NCBI GenBank assembly: GCA_043803815.1
Contig: JAZDJR010000005.1
Coordinates: 1 to 39,544, forward strand
Direction: 5' to 3'
Length of the DNA stretch: 39,544 nt
Source: Candidatus Micrarchaeota archaeon
Lineage (GTDB): Archaea; Iainarchaeota; Iainarchaeia; Iainarchaeales; JAGVWC01
The notes beneath the pieces were generated by a model that saw only the letters and a list, made by a program, of their open reading frames with translations, searched no databases and was not told where the DNA came from. This document shows, in pieces, positions 9,742 to 19,066 of the stretch; within the stretch, counting starts at the first letter, position 1; the number at the start of each line of letters is the position of its first letter. The position numbers and the translations under genes are program-made.

Positions 9742-12700
9742 ATGCAAAAAAGAGTCATTCCAGTTTTTTTGGTTTTAATCGGAGTCCTTTTTTTGGGTTC
9801 TTTGGTTTACGCATTCCCGTCCTATTTGCAGGTGCAGGGAAAACTGACAAACAGCTCGGGAGCATTGCTCAACGGAACATATGATATGAACTTTCGGATT
9901 TACGATTCCGGTTCGGGCGGGAATCCGCTTTACCTTGAATCCCACGCCGGAGCGAATGCGGTTGACGTGAACAAAGGTGTTTTCAATGTTCTTTTGGGTT
10001 CCATAACAACCCTTGATTTGAATTTCATGAGCGATTACTGGCTCAGCATCCAGATTGGCTCTGATTCTGAAATGTCCCCGCGGCAGAGATTGAGCGCAGT
10101 CGGCTATGCATTTGTCAGCAAAAAATCCCTTGGGGTTGAATGCACAGACTGCCTTGACACGAACCAGATTGCGAACATTTATGTTTTGAAAAGCGGCGAT
10201 TCGATAAGCGGGATATTAACGATTGACGGGAACCTTTCCGTAGTAAACGGCGACGTGAATTTCGACCGGTTGCAGGCAAACAGTTTTTACGGCGGGAACT
10301 TTTACGGTTCGGGAAGCGGTCTCACGGGTGTTGCAAAGCAGGATACAAATTGTGAAACATACGGCTCCTGTTCCACGGTTCTTTACTGGGATGACGCCAA
10401 CGGAATTTTCACCAAGCAATTGGATGGAAATAATTGGTACTCCCGCAAGGCTGAAACTGAAACCATTTCCGGCTTGTGGGATTTCATCAATACGACCAAT
10501 TTCCAGGGAGGCTTTAACGGAACCGGCGCAACCATTGAAAACGGAAACCTGTATGTCCAAAGCCTTGTCCTGAAAGGAGACATCAATAGCGCCGTGGTAA
10601 GCACGATTGACGTGAACGGCGACTTTTATCCCTACCTTACCAACAATTATGATTTGGGTTCTCTTGAAAAAAAATGGCGCAGCATTTTCGGGGTAACCAT
10701 TTATGGCGATTTCTTTTCAGGCAATGGCGCGAACATTACAAGCTTGAACGCCAGCAACATTTCCTCCGGAACGCTCGCGGACACCTGGCTAAGCAGCAAT
10801 ATTCCAAAAAAAGACACCGCGGAAACAATCCTGGGCACTTGGATTTTTCCAACAACCGGAATCACGCTCGGTTCAACCACTTTGAGTGAAGCAATGGCCG
10901 GGCAAATACATGCTTCAGGCTCCGACAACCAGAACTTATGGCTGACCTTTAACGCGGATGCCGGTTCAACCGCCGCGAACCTTCCCAACGATTACCTGAC
11001 CATTACCGGTGGAACCAATATCGCCACGAGCATCAGCAATGACACCTTGACCATTAATTATAACGGCCCCTCAACAAGCGACACGAACTGGCAGACCTCG
11101 TTTAATTTACTGGATGCCAACCTTTCGCAATCCTATTACAAACAAGCAGACGCCAATGTAGTTTTGGTCAAAAAAACCGATTACAATTCGTTAGGCGACC
11201 AACGATACGGCATAAAAGGAACAACAAACTTAGCATCATGGATATGGGACGCAGACTTCAACTCCGTTTACCTAAGAAATTTCACAGACACCAACTGGCA
11301 AACATCCTGGACAACCTTTGACGCCAACATGACCAACCGATTCATCCGCACCGACGGTTCGAGCACGACAACCGCAAGCATACCGTTTGCGCAAGGATTG
11401 ATTTCAAATGGGATAATCAAGGCCACCGCCGACGGAACTATCTGGTCGGATGGAACTACAGGAGTTACTCCCACTTCAGGGGCAGGAATAAGATTGATGT
11501 GGATACCGAGCAAGGGGGCTTTTAGGGCGGGGAGAGTTACAGGGAGCAATTGGGATGATGCAAATATAGGAAGCTATAGTTTTGGAATGGGCTATAATAA
11601 TAAGGCTTCGGGGGAGTCTTCGGTGGCTATGGGAGAGGAAACAACAGCATCGGGAAATTTTTCAGAATCGTCAGGATATTTGTCAATAGCTTCGGGATAT
11701 GCATCAACTGCTTCTGGTGCGCAGTCAATTGCTTCTGGAGATTATGCAACCGCATCGGGCGCGGCTACAACCGCTTCTGGGACAAGCTCAACATCAATAG
11801 GGGATAGCTCAATCGCTTCTGGGTATGCTTCGACTGCTATTGGACGGACTATAACCGCTTCTGGAAAAGGTGCATTTTCCGCAGGATATAACTATGATTC
11901 TGCCGAGGGAAGCTTTGTTGCGGGGACCGGAACACCCAACATTGGATATGGGCAAGTTGCATTAGGCTATTCTTCTAATGGCGGAACATTAAAGGCTGAA
12001 GGAACTGGAAGCATTGCAATGGGAATGAATGTCAATGCCTTGACCAATCCTAATGTTTTAGTATTTGGCAGGGATTTTTCAACTGATATTCAGGACAGTT
12101 TTAATATTGGTTTCGGACAATTAGATTATCAATTCACTTCATCGCAGGCAGATTTCAAAGACAGCAACCTCACTACCACCAGCGATGTGAATGCTTCTCG
12201 TTTTTGTTTTCCAGACACAACCTGCATGACAACCGCAAGCGTTTCGGGAACGGATACGAATTGGCAGACTTCGTTCAATTTATTGGACGCGAATCTGGCT
12301 TTGTCGTATTACAAACAGGCAGATGCTAACGCGGTTTTGGTGAAAAAAAGCGATTTCAATTCGTTAGGCGACCAACGATACCAAAATGTTGATTCTACTT
12401 TTGAGGATTTTATGCCTGGAAGTGCAGCGGGAACCGGCGGAGCAGTAAGTGTTTGGTTTGGAATCATATCTCTAGTGATGGGTAATCAAGCGGGGGTATC
12501 AGTAACGCAACCAAACGGCGTGTTTTTAATCGGTTCAACCGGAAGCAGTGTTTCCGACAATATAGGAAAAAGCGCAAGAACTGGTTTGGCGTTGAATGCG
12601 ACTGCTCCGTTTGACATTACTTTTCGAGCAAAAGTAGACAATACTACATCCATGTTTTCAAGATTTGGAGTTGGTTCACTGGCTACTTCCGATTCAAATA

Positions 12701-13020
12701 ATGGAATGTTTTTTCGGTTTGACACGGATGACGGCGACCAAAACTGGTTTATTAATATTGGGGACACCAATAGCAACGAATTGCGGGATACCAACATAGC
12801 GAAAAACACGAGTTATCATTTATTCAAAATTTCGGTTTCATCAACAAAAATAGAGTTTTTCATTGACAATGTTAGCGTGGGTTCCACAACAAACACGGCT
12901 AATATTCTAACAGCACAAATGGGAATCGTAGCGGAAGGAATAGCAAGAAGCCCAACAACAGTGGCAAACACTTGGATAGATTATTGGAAAATAACGCCAA
13001 CAAACAGACCAACAACATAA
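9742..13020 (+). CDS. Large exported surface/adhesin-like protein (1092 aa)
   Basis: N-terminal signal peptide; S/T/G/N-rich; YadA-head-like 14-aa repeats; internal 43-aa duplication; beta-rich C-terminal domain. Confidence 0.85.
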   Translation: MQKRVIPVFLVLIGVLFLGSLVYAFPSYLQVQGKLTNSSGALLNGTYDMNFRIYDSGSGGNPLYLESHAGANAVDVNKGVFNVLLGSITTLDLNFMSDYWLSIQIGSDSEMSPRQRLSAVGYAFVSKKSLGVECTDCLDTNQIANIYVLKSGDSISGILTIDGNLSVVNGDVNFDRLQANSFYGGNFYGSGSGLTGVAKQDTNCETYGSCSTVLYWDDANGIFTKQLDGNNWYSRKAETETISGLWDFINTTNFQGGFNGTGATIENGNLYVQSLVLKGDINSAVVSTIDVNGDFYPYLTNNYDLGSLEKKWRSIFGVTIYGDFFSGNGANITSLNASNISSGTLADTWLSSNIPKKDTAETILGTWIFPTTGITLGSTTLSEAMAGQIHASGSDNQNLWLTFNADAGSTAANLPNDYLTITGGTNIATSISNDTLTINYNGPSTSDTNWQTSFNLLDANLSQSYYKQADANVVLVKKTDYNSLGDQRYGIKGTTNLASWIWDADFNSVYLRNFTDTNWQTSWTTFDANMTNRFIRTDGSSTTTASIPFAQGLISNGIIKATADGTIWSDGTTGVTPTSGAGIRLMWIPSKGAFRAGRVTGSNWDDANIGSYSFGMGYNNKASGESSVAMGEETTASGNFSESSGYLSIASGYASTASGAQSIASGDYATASGAATTASGTSSTSIGDSSIASGYASTAIGRTITASGKGAFSAGYNYDSAEGSFVAGTGTPNIGYGQVALGYSSNGGTLKAEGTGSIAMGMNVNALTNPNVLVFGRDFSTDIQDSFNIGFGQLDYQFTSSQADFKDSNLTTTSDVNASRFCFPDTTCMTTASVSGTDTNWQTSFNLLDANLALSYYKQADANAVLVKKSDFNSLGDQRYQNVDSTFEDFMPGSAAGTGGAVSVWFGIISLVMGNQAGVSVTQPNGVFLIGSTGSSVSDNIGKSARTGLALNATAPFDITFRAKVDNTTSMFSRFGVGSLATSDSNNGMFFRFDTDDGDQNWFINIGDTNSNELRDTNIAKNTSYHLFKISVSSTKIEFFIDNVSVGSTTNTANILTAQMGIVAEGIARSPTTVANTWIDYWKITPTNRPTT
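11080..11208 (+). repeat. Intragenic 129-bp repeat, copy 1 (DTNWQTSFNLLDANL...NSLGDQRY)
   Basis: Aligns without gaps to 12253-12381. Differences are mostly synonymous and the last 25 nt are identical. Confidence 0.95.
11566..11889 (+). repeat. YadA-head/Hep_Hag-like tandem peptide repeats
   Basis: About 14-aa period of the form ASGxxSxAxGxxxx (ASGESSVAMG, ASGYASTASG, ASGDYATASG, ASGTSSTSIG, ASGYASTAIG). Confidence 0.8.
12253..12381 (+). repeat. Intragenic 129-bp repeat, copy 2
   Basis: See copy 1. A third partial copy (DTNWQTSWTTFDANM) begins at about 11287. Confidence 0.95.
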
Positions 13021-13140
13021 ATCCGGCGTTTTCCAAGGCGGTTAATCCAAGGCCGCTTGCCCTTGGTAACTGGGGCAGCCGGCAGCACCTGCCCGAACAG
13101 GCGGAGCAATAATCAGCAATGACTGAGAGTGTATGATAGT

Positions 13141-14688
13141 ATGCAAAACAAAAAAGCGGTTGTTTGTTTTTTCCTGTTGGCTTTTTTGTTTCTGCTGAAT
13201 TTCTCTTTTGCTTTTGCTTCGGTTTCAACAAGCGAAAACTATTCCCTTCAAATCGGCGGGAATATGCCCGCGGGAATGGGCGCGGATTCTGAAAATTACG
13301 GGGATTTTTACTGGGTAAACGAGCAGACCGCGGGCGCGGCAGCAAGCGGCAATTACGGGGAAGGGCTCGGCTTTGCACATGCCGATGTGAATAATGAAGC
13401 CCCCTCAATTTCCATTACAAGCCCTGCGGATGGTTCCACAATAACCACGACAACCGTAACCCTGAATTATAGCGCTGCATCCGAGGTCGGAATCAAGAAT
13501 TATTGGGTAAAAGTGGATACAGGAAACTGGATTTACACTTCCGAAACAAGCTATTCTTTCACAAGCCAAAGCAACGGCGTGCACATGTACTATGCGAAAG
13601 CAACCGACTTGTTCGACCAGAACTCCAACATCGCCTATGTGCAGGTTACCGTGGATTATTTTCCACCACTTGTTGAAACCTGCGGAAACGGTTCGTGCGC
13701 CGGCGGTGAAAACTGCTCCAATTGCCCAAGCGACTGCGGTCCGTGCGGCGGCGGAGGCGATGGAGGCGGCGGCGGAGGAAGCGGGGGCGGCGGTGGCATA
13801 CGGCTAAAAGGCCTTGGGGAAGCCTGCACGAATAACAGCGAATGCGGCAGCCAAAAGTGCATTGAAAAAACCTGTTCGGAATGCACGAGTAGTGCGACTT
13901 GCGCTGCAAACGAGTTTTGTTCCGCAAATCACTTGTGCTTGGAAATCCCGCCCGCCTGCGGACAAATCGAAAACCACGTTTTTATTCCCTATGAATGCTG
14001 TTCCAATTCCGACTGCGCAGCGGATAAAACCTGCAATGCTGATTCGCATTCGTGCGTTGCATCCAAAGGACCAAGACTTGTGATAACCCACGTTCCGTCC
14101 GTGGTAGTCAGCGGCCAAAGCGTGACTTTTACGGTCACTGACGAGAACGGAAATATTGCGACCGATGTCACCTTGACCATTGGTTCTGAAAAAAACCTGC
14201 TTTCAATAGCCAAAATGGAAACGGTTTTAGCCGCGGGAACCGTGCAGATAAAAGCGGAAAAGAAAGGGTATGCTTCCGACGGACTAACCCTAAGTGTCAT
14301 TGAACAGCTTAGCCTGGTTGCTCCGCAGATTGCTTACAAGGGAACGGCTACCGAAATCCTTGTGCTGGATGAAAAAGGAAGGCCCGCGGTAAACAAGGAA
14401 GTCGTACTCACCATGCCGGATGGCACGCAGTATACCCTAAAAACCAACGAGAACGGAGTTGTGCTGCTTCAGACCGAACTGATAGGAAACATCAAAATCG
14501 AGGCCAAAAATACGGGGTATGTGGTCGCAACCAAAATGATCAGCATCGAAAATGCGCCGATAGCGGAAACGCAGAATTTTCCATTTTATATCCTGGCAGT
14601 TATTGCCGGAGGAACTGTTCTGTACATCCTGCTTACAATGCACAAAAAGCGCCGCAGAAAAAAACCGCGCTTGTATTACCGAAAATAA
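13141..14688 (+). CDS. Membrane-anchored surface protein with Ig-like and Cys-rich domains
   Basis: Signal peptide; APSISITSPADG Ig-like start; CGNGSCAGGENCSNCPSDC; poly-Gly linker; further Cys-rich repeats; C-terminal TM helix followed by HKKRRRKKPR. Confidence 0.85.
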   Translation: MQNKKAVVCFFLLAFLFLLNFSFAFASVSTSENYSLQIGGNMPAGMGADSENYGDFYWVNEQTAGAAASGNYGEGLGFAHADVNNEAPSISITSPADGSTITTTTVTLNYSAASEVGIKNYWVKVDTGNWIYTSETSYSFTSQSNGVHMYYAKATDLFDQNSNIAYVQVTVDYFPPLVETCGNGSCAGGENCSNCPSDCGPCGGGGDGGGGGGSGGGGGIRLKGLGEACTNNSECGSQKCIEKTCSECTSSATCAANEFCSANHLCLEIPPACGQIENHVFIPYECCSNSDCAADKTCNADSHSCVASKGPRLVITHVPSVVVSGQSVTFTVTDENGNIATDVTLTIGSEKNLLSIAKMETVLAAGTVQIKAEKKGYASDGLTLSVIEQLSLVAPQIAYKGTATEILVLDEKGRPAVNKEVVLTMPDGTQYTLKTNENGVVLLQTELIGNIKIEAKNTGYVVATKMISIENAPIAETQNFPFYILAVIAGGTVLYILLTMHKKRRRKKPRLYYRK

Positions 14689-14695
14689 GGAAATT

Positions 14696-16387
14696 TTAGG
14701 CATTTGGATTTTGCGAAGCGCCGGAACTGTTTTGTGCCTGAAAGTGCCGCTTGTTTTGGCTGCGCATCTCGGCATCCAGGCGGCTCAAATCGTAATCGTT
14801 CAAGTCTACGAACTGCAGCAAGGATGCAAGGCGTGGATGCACTTTTTGGATTTCGCGGTACATTTGCTGCGTCATGCGCCGATACGAAATGTGGCCCTGC
14901 TTTTGCGAGCGCAGTTCGATGAAGTGGAATGCTTCGCGCAGGTTCATTTTCATGTACCAGCGGATTTTGTAGGCAAACGGAACCGCGTACTGGGCTTCCA
15001 ATGGCATAGTGGCGCGGATTTTTCGGTTCAGCTGCGCGGCCTGTTCCATTGCAAAAGTAAAATCGTTTTCAAAGCCCGCTTCGGAAAGCTCTTTTGGAAT
15101 GTCAAAGCCGTTGTTAATTGTGATGAGCTGACGGCTCTGCGTAAGGACGCGGTGGCGCTGCAGGTCGCGGTACATGCCGTAATCGCCGAGCAAATCAAAC
15201 GTATATGCGGTATTTTCAAAAGCGCGCGAAGGCTTGTCGCGCCTTGTCCTGCGCTTTCCGAGCAGGGTATTAAGCAAGGCTTCTTTTTCGGTTTCGGAAA
15301 GTTTATGCGCGATTTTTTGTGCCTGTGAAAACGAAAGAGATGAAAATTCCATTATAAGTGGCGCCAAAATTTTTTCCTCGGCATCCACGTCAAAGTCCAC
15401 AAGCGTGACGGAAGCGGTTGTGTCCGGTTTTTGGCCTTGCACGAGCTTTTCAATAACCAGCCGATTTTCTTTGGAATTTTGGACGAGAAATTCGTCGGCC
15501 TTTGCCCTGCGCACAAACGGGCCGATGACGGTTCCGAGTTCCGCGTGCATGACCTTTGCAAGTTTGTTCATTTCCGAAAGCGGGTTGGAGTATAACTGCC
15601 GCAGGAGATATTCGAAAAAGCGGCCGTTTCCGAAAACGCCCATGTTGGTCAAGGTGGAAACCGGCAAAAAATACCGGAGCACGTCGCAGGTCTTGGCGCG
15701 AAGGCTGGATTTGTAAGCGGCTTGCGCGCGCTTTTGGATTTCAGGGTCGCGAATTTCGGGGAATTTTTGTTCCTGTTTGGCGGAAAAGTCCGTCATAAAG
15801 GAAAAATTTTCAATGGGAAAGCGCTCCTCGAAATACTTGGAAAGCGGTTCCACGAGACGCGAATATGTATCGAACAGGCTACGATTGACTTTTAGGTAAT
15901 CGTCCGCGAAACGGGACGCCATAATGCGGGGTTCTTTGTAAAACAAATAATCGCCGTCGATTTTTTGGTCGAAAAAAACATAGCGCGAGGATTTCTCCAG
16001 CGGCGAACCGCCTAATCTGCGGTCTTCGATCAGTTTGGTGGCCAAATTGCTGACGTTTTCAATGGCCAAGTGGCAGCCGCCGAGTTCGCCGACGGAATCG
16101 TCGCCAAAGCCGTCGAGCACGCGCTGATAAAACGCATCGGCTTTTTGTTCGGACACAGCCGAATCGGTTCTGGGCTGCAACGCCAAATCCTCCAGGTTTA
16201 AGTCCTTGTTTTGGATGAATTCGTCGAGTAATAGGCGGCGAAGTGACTTGGTGCTTCGCGAATAGCGGGAAAACAAGGCTCCTTTGACTGACTCGGGCAG
16301 GTTTTTGAGCACAAACACTGATTTGTCCACGTTTGAGCAATACAAAAGCAAGGTCTGTTTTTCGGAATCGGAAAAAATTTCAGGCAT
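14696..16387 (-). CDS. thyX: FAD-dependent thymidylate synthase, tandem two-domain type
   Basis: LFSRYSRS, FGDDSVGELG, PLEKSSRY, DVLRYFLP, YRDLQRHR and HFIELRS..QGH.SYR. About 563 aa, roughly twice a canonical ThyX. Confidence 0.9.
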   Translation of the reverse strand: MPEIFSDSEKQTLLLYCSNVDKSVFVLKNLPESVKGALFSRYSRSTKSLRRLLLDEFIQNKDLNLEDLALQPRTDSAVSEQKADAFYQRVLDGFGDDSVGELGGCHLAIENVSNLATKLIEDRRLGGSPLEKSSRYVFFDQKIDGDYLFYKEPRIMASRFADDYLKVNRSLFDTYSRLVEPLSKYFEERFPIENFSFMTDFSAKQEQKFPEIRDPEIQKRAQAAYKSSLRAKTCDVLRYFLPVSTLTNMGVFGNGRFFEYLLRQLYSNPLSEMNKLAKVMHAELGTVIGPFVRRAKADEFLVQNSKENRLVIEKLVQGQKPDTTASVTLVDFDVDAEEKILAPLIMEFSSLSFSQAQKIAHKLSETEKEALLNTLLGKRRTRRDKPSRAFENTAYTFDLLGDYGMYRDLQRHRVLTQSRQLITINNGFDIPKELSEAGFENDFTFAMEQAAQLNRKIRATMPLEAQYAVPFAYKIRWYMKMNLREAFHFIELRSQKQGHISYRRMTQQMYREIQKVHPRLASLLQFVDLNDYDLSRLDAEMRSQNKRHFQAQNSSGASQNPNA

Positions 16388-16488
16388 CAAAACAGACACA
16401 ACCCGCCAAAAAATCATTAAAAAACCAAGGTTACTGCTACATAATTTGGATGGTTTTTAACCTTGTTTTTCGTTCAAAATATGCGCCT

Positions 16489-17073
16489 ATGAAAGAAAAC
16501 CCAAAAGTAATAGCAATTTCATGCTCTCATCGAAACAACGCCAATACCGAACAAATGCTGGCGGAGTGCCTGTCCGAACTGAAAAAACAAGGGGTTTCGT
16601 TTGAACTGGTGGCACTTCGAAAACTCGACATGAAGGCGTGCGACGCCTGTTCCGAATGCGAAAAGGACAATCGCTGCCGAGTGAACGACGATTTGCAAAA
16701 AATTTATCCGAAACTATTGAACGCAAAGGCCTGGATTGTCGCTACTCCCGAATACTGGATGAACGTGTCGGGGCTGTGCAAGAATTTTTTGGACCGCTTG
16801 ACGCCGTACTGGATGGAGCGCAAAAAGCATTTCGCAAAAAAAAAAGCCGCGATTATCACCTGCGGAGGCCAGCCAAGGAGACGCATCGGCCATGCCGAAA
16901 AATATCTCCGGCTTTTTTTTTCCAAACTGCATATGAAAGTGATTGGAAGCGTTTTGACCAGCGCAGAAGAACCGAAAGAGGTTTTAGCGCAAGCCAAAAT
17001 TTTGCGGGAATGCCGAAACTTGGGGAAAAAAATCGCGGACGGTTTAAGGAAGGAATCTTATGGCGGAAAGTGA
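16489..17073 (+). CDS. Iron-sulfur flavoprotein / NADPH-dependent FMN reductase family (flavodoxin fold)
   Basis: SHRNNANT FMN loop, CDACSECEKDNRC cluster motif, and ATPEYW.NVSG..KNFLDR. Confidence 0.88.
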   Translation: MKENPKVIAISCSHRNNANTEQMLAECLSELKKQGVSFELVALRKLDMKACDACSECEKDNRCRVNDDLQKIYPKLLNAKAWIVATPEYWMNVSGLCKNFLDRLTPYWMERKKHFAKKKAAIITCGGQPRRRIGHAEKYLRLFFSKLHMKVIGSVLTSAEEPKEVLAQAKILRECRNLGKKIADGLRKESYGGK

Positions 17074-18373
17074 AATCCGGCAGTGGATTGAGTCCTTGCA
17101 GGAATACGGAATCAATCCCGGCCTCGAGCGCACGGCCCAAGCGCTGAAATTGATTAATAATCCGCAGAACGATTTTGAATCGGTTTTGGTTTCCGGAACC
17201 AACGGAAAAGGAAGCACGTGCGCGTATTTGTCGCACATGCTTTCGGCCAACGGCTGCAAAACCGGCTTTTATTCAAGCCCGCATTTATTGGATATTACCG
17301 AGCGCTTTCGCATCAACCAAAAACCCGTTTCCAATCTGATTTTTGAAAAAACCGCGGGAGAATTGCGGACTATTTTTCAGGAAAACCAAATAATTCTCAC
17401 GCATTTCGAATTTTTGACCGTGCTGGCCTTGCGGCTTTTTTCCAGGCAAAAAATACAATGGGCGGTACTGGAAATCGGAATGGGCGGGCGGCAAGACGCC
17501 GTCAATGTAGTGAACAGCCAGGCCGCCGCAATTACCAATATCGCATTGGACCACCAAAAATGGCTGGGAAACACCAGGCGCGAAATCGCGATTGAAAAAG
17601 CGGGAATCATCAAAAAACAAAAGCCGTTTTTGACTTCGGAATCCGACCCGGCTTTGGTAAAAATGTTTTCAGAACTGGCCGAAGGCGAACTTGCGCCGAT
17701 TTTTATTGAGAATCGGGATTACTGCGTGACCCCAAAAAAAATCGAACTGCAAAACACCGAGTTTGATTTCAAGGGATTCGGACTCAACTTGGCCGGGTTA
17801 AAAACCGGTTTGACCGGACAGCATCAGGTTCACAATGCGGGACTGGCATTGGCGGTTTTGGCGGTTTTGCACGAAAAAAACAACGTCCGCCTAAACGAGG
17901 AAAAAACGCGAAAAGCGGTTGAAAAAACCGCCTGGCCGGGAAGATTCCAGATAATCAGCGAAAAGCCGCTGGTAATCGTCGATTGCTGCCATAATCCTGC
18001 AGGCGTTAACCAACTGGCCGAAACCTTAAAAACAGTTTTTCCCGGCACCAAATTTCGGGTATTAATGGGAATCGGTTTGGACCGCAATCCCGGGCAAATG
18101 GTCGAACCCATCGGACCTCTGGCGAGTGAAATGATTTTTTCACAGGCGAGTTTTCACGGGTTTTCCGCGGTTGAACTGCAAAAAGCAAGCCAGCCGTTTA
18201 TTCCGACTTTCAAAACCAAAACTGTGGCCACCTTAAAAGACGCGGCCGCACTTGTTCTTGAAAACCCAAAACCAAACGAGCCGATTCTGGTTTGCGGAAG
18301 CATTTATCTGGCCGGCGAAGCCATGCAGACGCCCGCCTTCAAAAAAATAATAAAGGGTTCAAAGCAAAAATAA
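17060..18373 (+). CDS. folC: Folylpolyglutamate synthase / dihydrofolate synthase
   Basis: SGTNGKGST, YSSPHL, ERFRIN, LEIGMGGRQDAVNV, IALDH, EKAGI, WPGRFQ, DCCHNP and CGSIYLAG. Confidence 0.95.
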   Translation: MAESEIRQWIESLQEYGINPGLERTAQALKLINNPQNDFESVLVSGTNGKGSTCAYLSHMLSANGCKTGFYSSPHLLDITERFRINQKPVSNLIFEKTAGELRTIFQENQIILTHFEFLTVLALRLFSRQKIQWAVLEIGMGGRQDAVNVVNSQAAAITNIALDHQKWLGNTRREIAIEKAGIIKKQKPFLTSESDPALVKMFSELAEGELAPIFIENRDYCVTPKKIELQNTEFDFKGFGLNLAGLKTGLTGQHQVHNAGLALAVLAVLHEKNNVRLNEEKTRKAVEKTAWPGRFQIISEKPLVIVDCCHNPAGVNQLAETLKTVFPGTKFRVLMGIGLDRNPGQMVEPIGPLASEMIFSQASFHGFSAVELQKASQPFIPTFKTKTVATLKDAAALVLENPKPNEPILVCGSIYLAGEAMQTPAFKKIIKGSKQK

Positions 18374-18397
18374 GCAAAAGCAAAAAAAGGTTTTTTT

Positions 18398-19066
18398 ATG
18401 GAACGCGAAACAAAGCTGTGGATTTTGGCGGCAATTTTTGTCGGAAGCGTGATTGCCGCAAACCTGATGGGAAACAAAATCGCGGCGTTCGGATTTTTCG
18501 ATTCCGCGGTCGGAATCATGGTGTTCCCGCTTTCGTACCTTGCCATGGACGTGATTCAGGAAGTGCAGGGAAAACAAACCGCACGCAGAATCGTTTGGGC
18601 CGCCATGCTCGTGCTTGCCTATGTGCTGGTCATCACTTGGATTTCAACTTCTTTGCCAAGCGCAAAGCGCGATTTTTTTCCCGAGGAATACGAAAAAATT
18701 TTTGGCGTCAGCGTACGTGTAATGTTAGCCAGCCTCATTGCTTTTTTGGTGGGTGAACTCGCGGACATCGAAATTTTCAAAAAAATAAAGGATTTTACAA
18801 AAGCCAAAATGCTTTGGCTTCGCGCCACGGGTTCCACGATTATCAGCCAGTTTGTGGACACCACGGTGTTCCTGTTTTTGGCGTTTTACGGGATAACCCC
18901 GAAGTTCGATGCTTGGTATATTTTAGTCCTGATTATTCCCTATTGGATACTCAAAAGCTGCGTCGCAATTTTGGGAACGCCGTTGGTATACGCCGGCGTC
19001 CGATGGGTTGGTTACTCCAAAGCTTCAGATAACCGGCCAGCCCAAAAAAGCAAAAATCGCCAATAA
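18398..19066 (+). CDS. YhhQ/Vut_1 family transporter (queuosine precursor transporter family)
   Basis: ANLMGNK, FPLSYLAMDVIQEVQG, ASLIAFLVGELADI and LWLRATGSTIISQFVDT; multiple TM helices. Confidence 0.88.
   Translation: MERETKLWILAAIFVGSVIAANLMGNKIAAFGFFDSAVGIMVFPLSYLAMDVIQEVQGKQTARRIVWAAMLVLAYVLVITWISTSLPSAKRDFFPEEYEKIFGVSVRVMLASLIAFLVGELADIEIFKKIKDFTKAKMLWLRATGSTIISQFVDTTVFLFLAFYGITPKFDAWYILVLIIPYWILKSCVAILGTPLVYAGVRWVGYSKASDNRPAQKSKNRQ

Noticed and set aside
11080-12381. Repeat pair as a diversity-generating retroelement TR/VR
   Set aside because: Mismatches are mostly synonymous third-position changes, not adenine-specific. Both copies are within one ORF and no reverse transcriptase is in the window.
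13746-13797. GGC-rich tandem repeat as a DNA-level element
   Set aside because: It simply encodes the poly-Gly linker of the surface protein.
19025-19066. 42-bp tail-to-tail overlap of the YhhQ and DASS genes as antisense regulation
   Set aside because: Short convergent overlaps recur in this compact window (also 8637-8640), and there is no further evidence.
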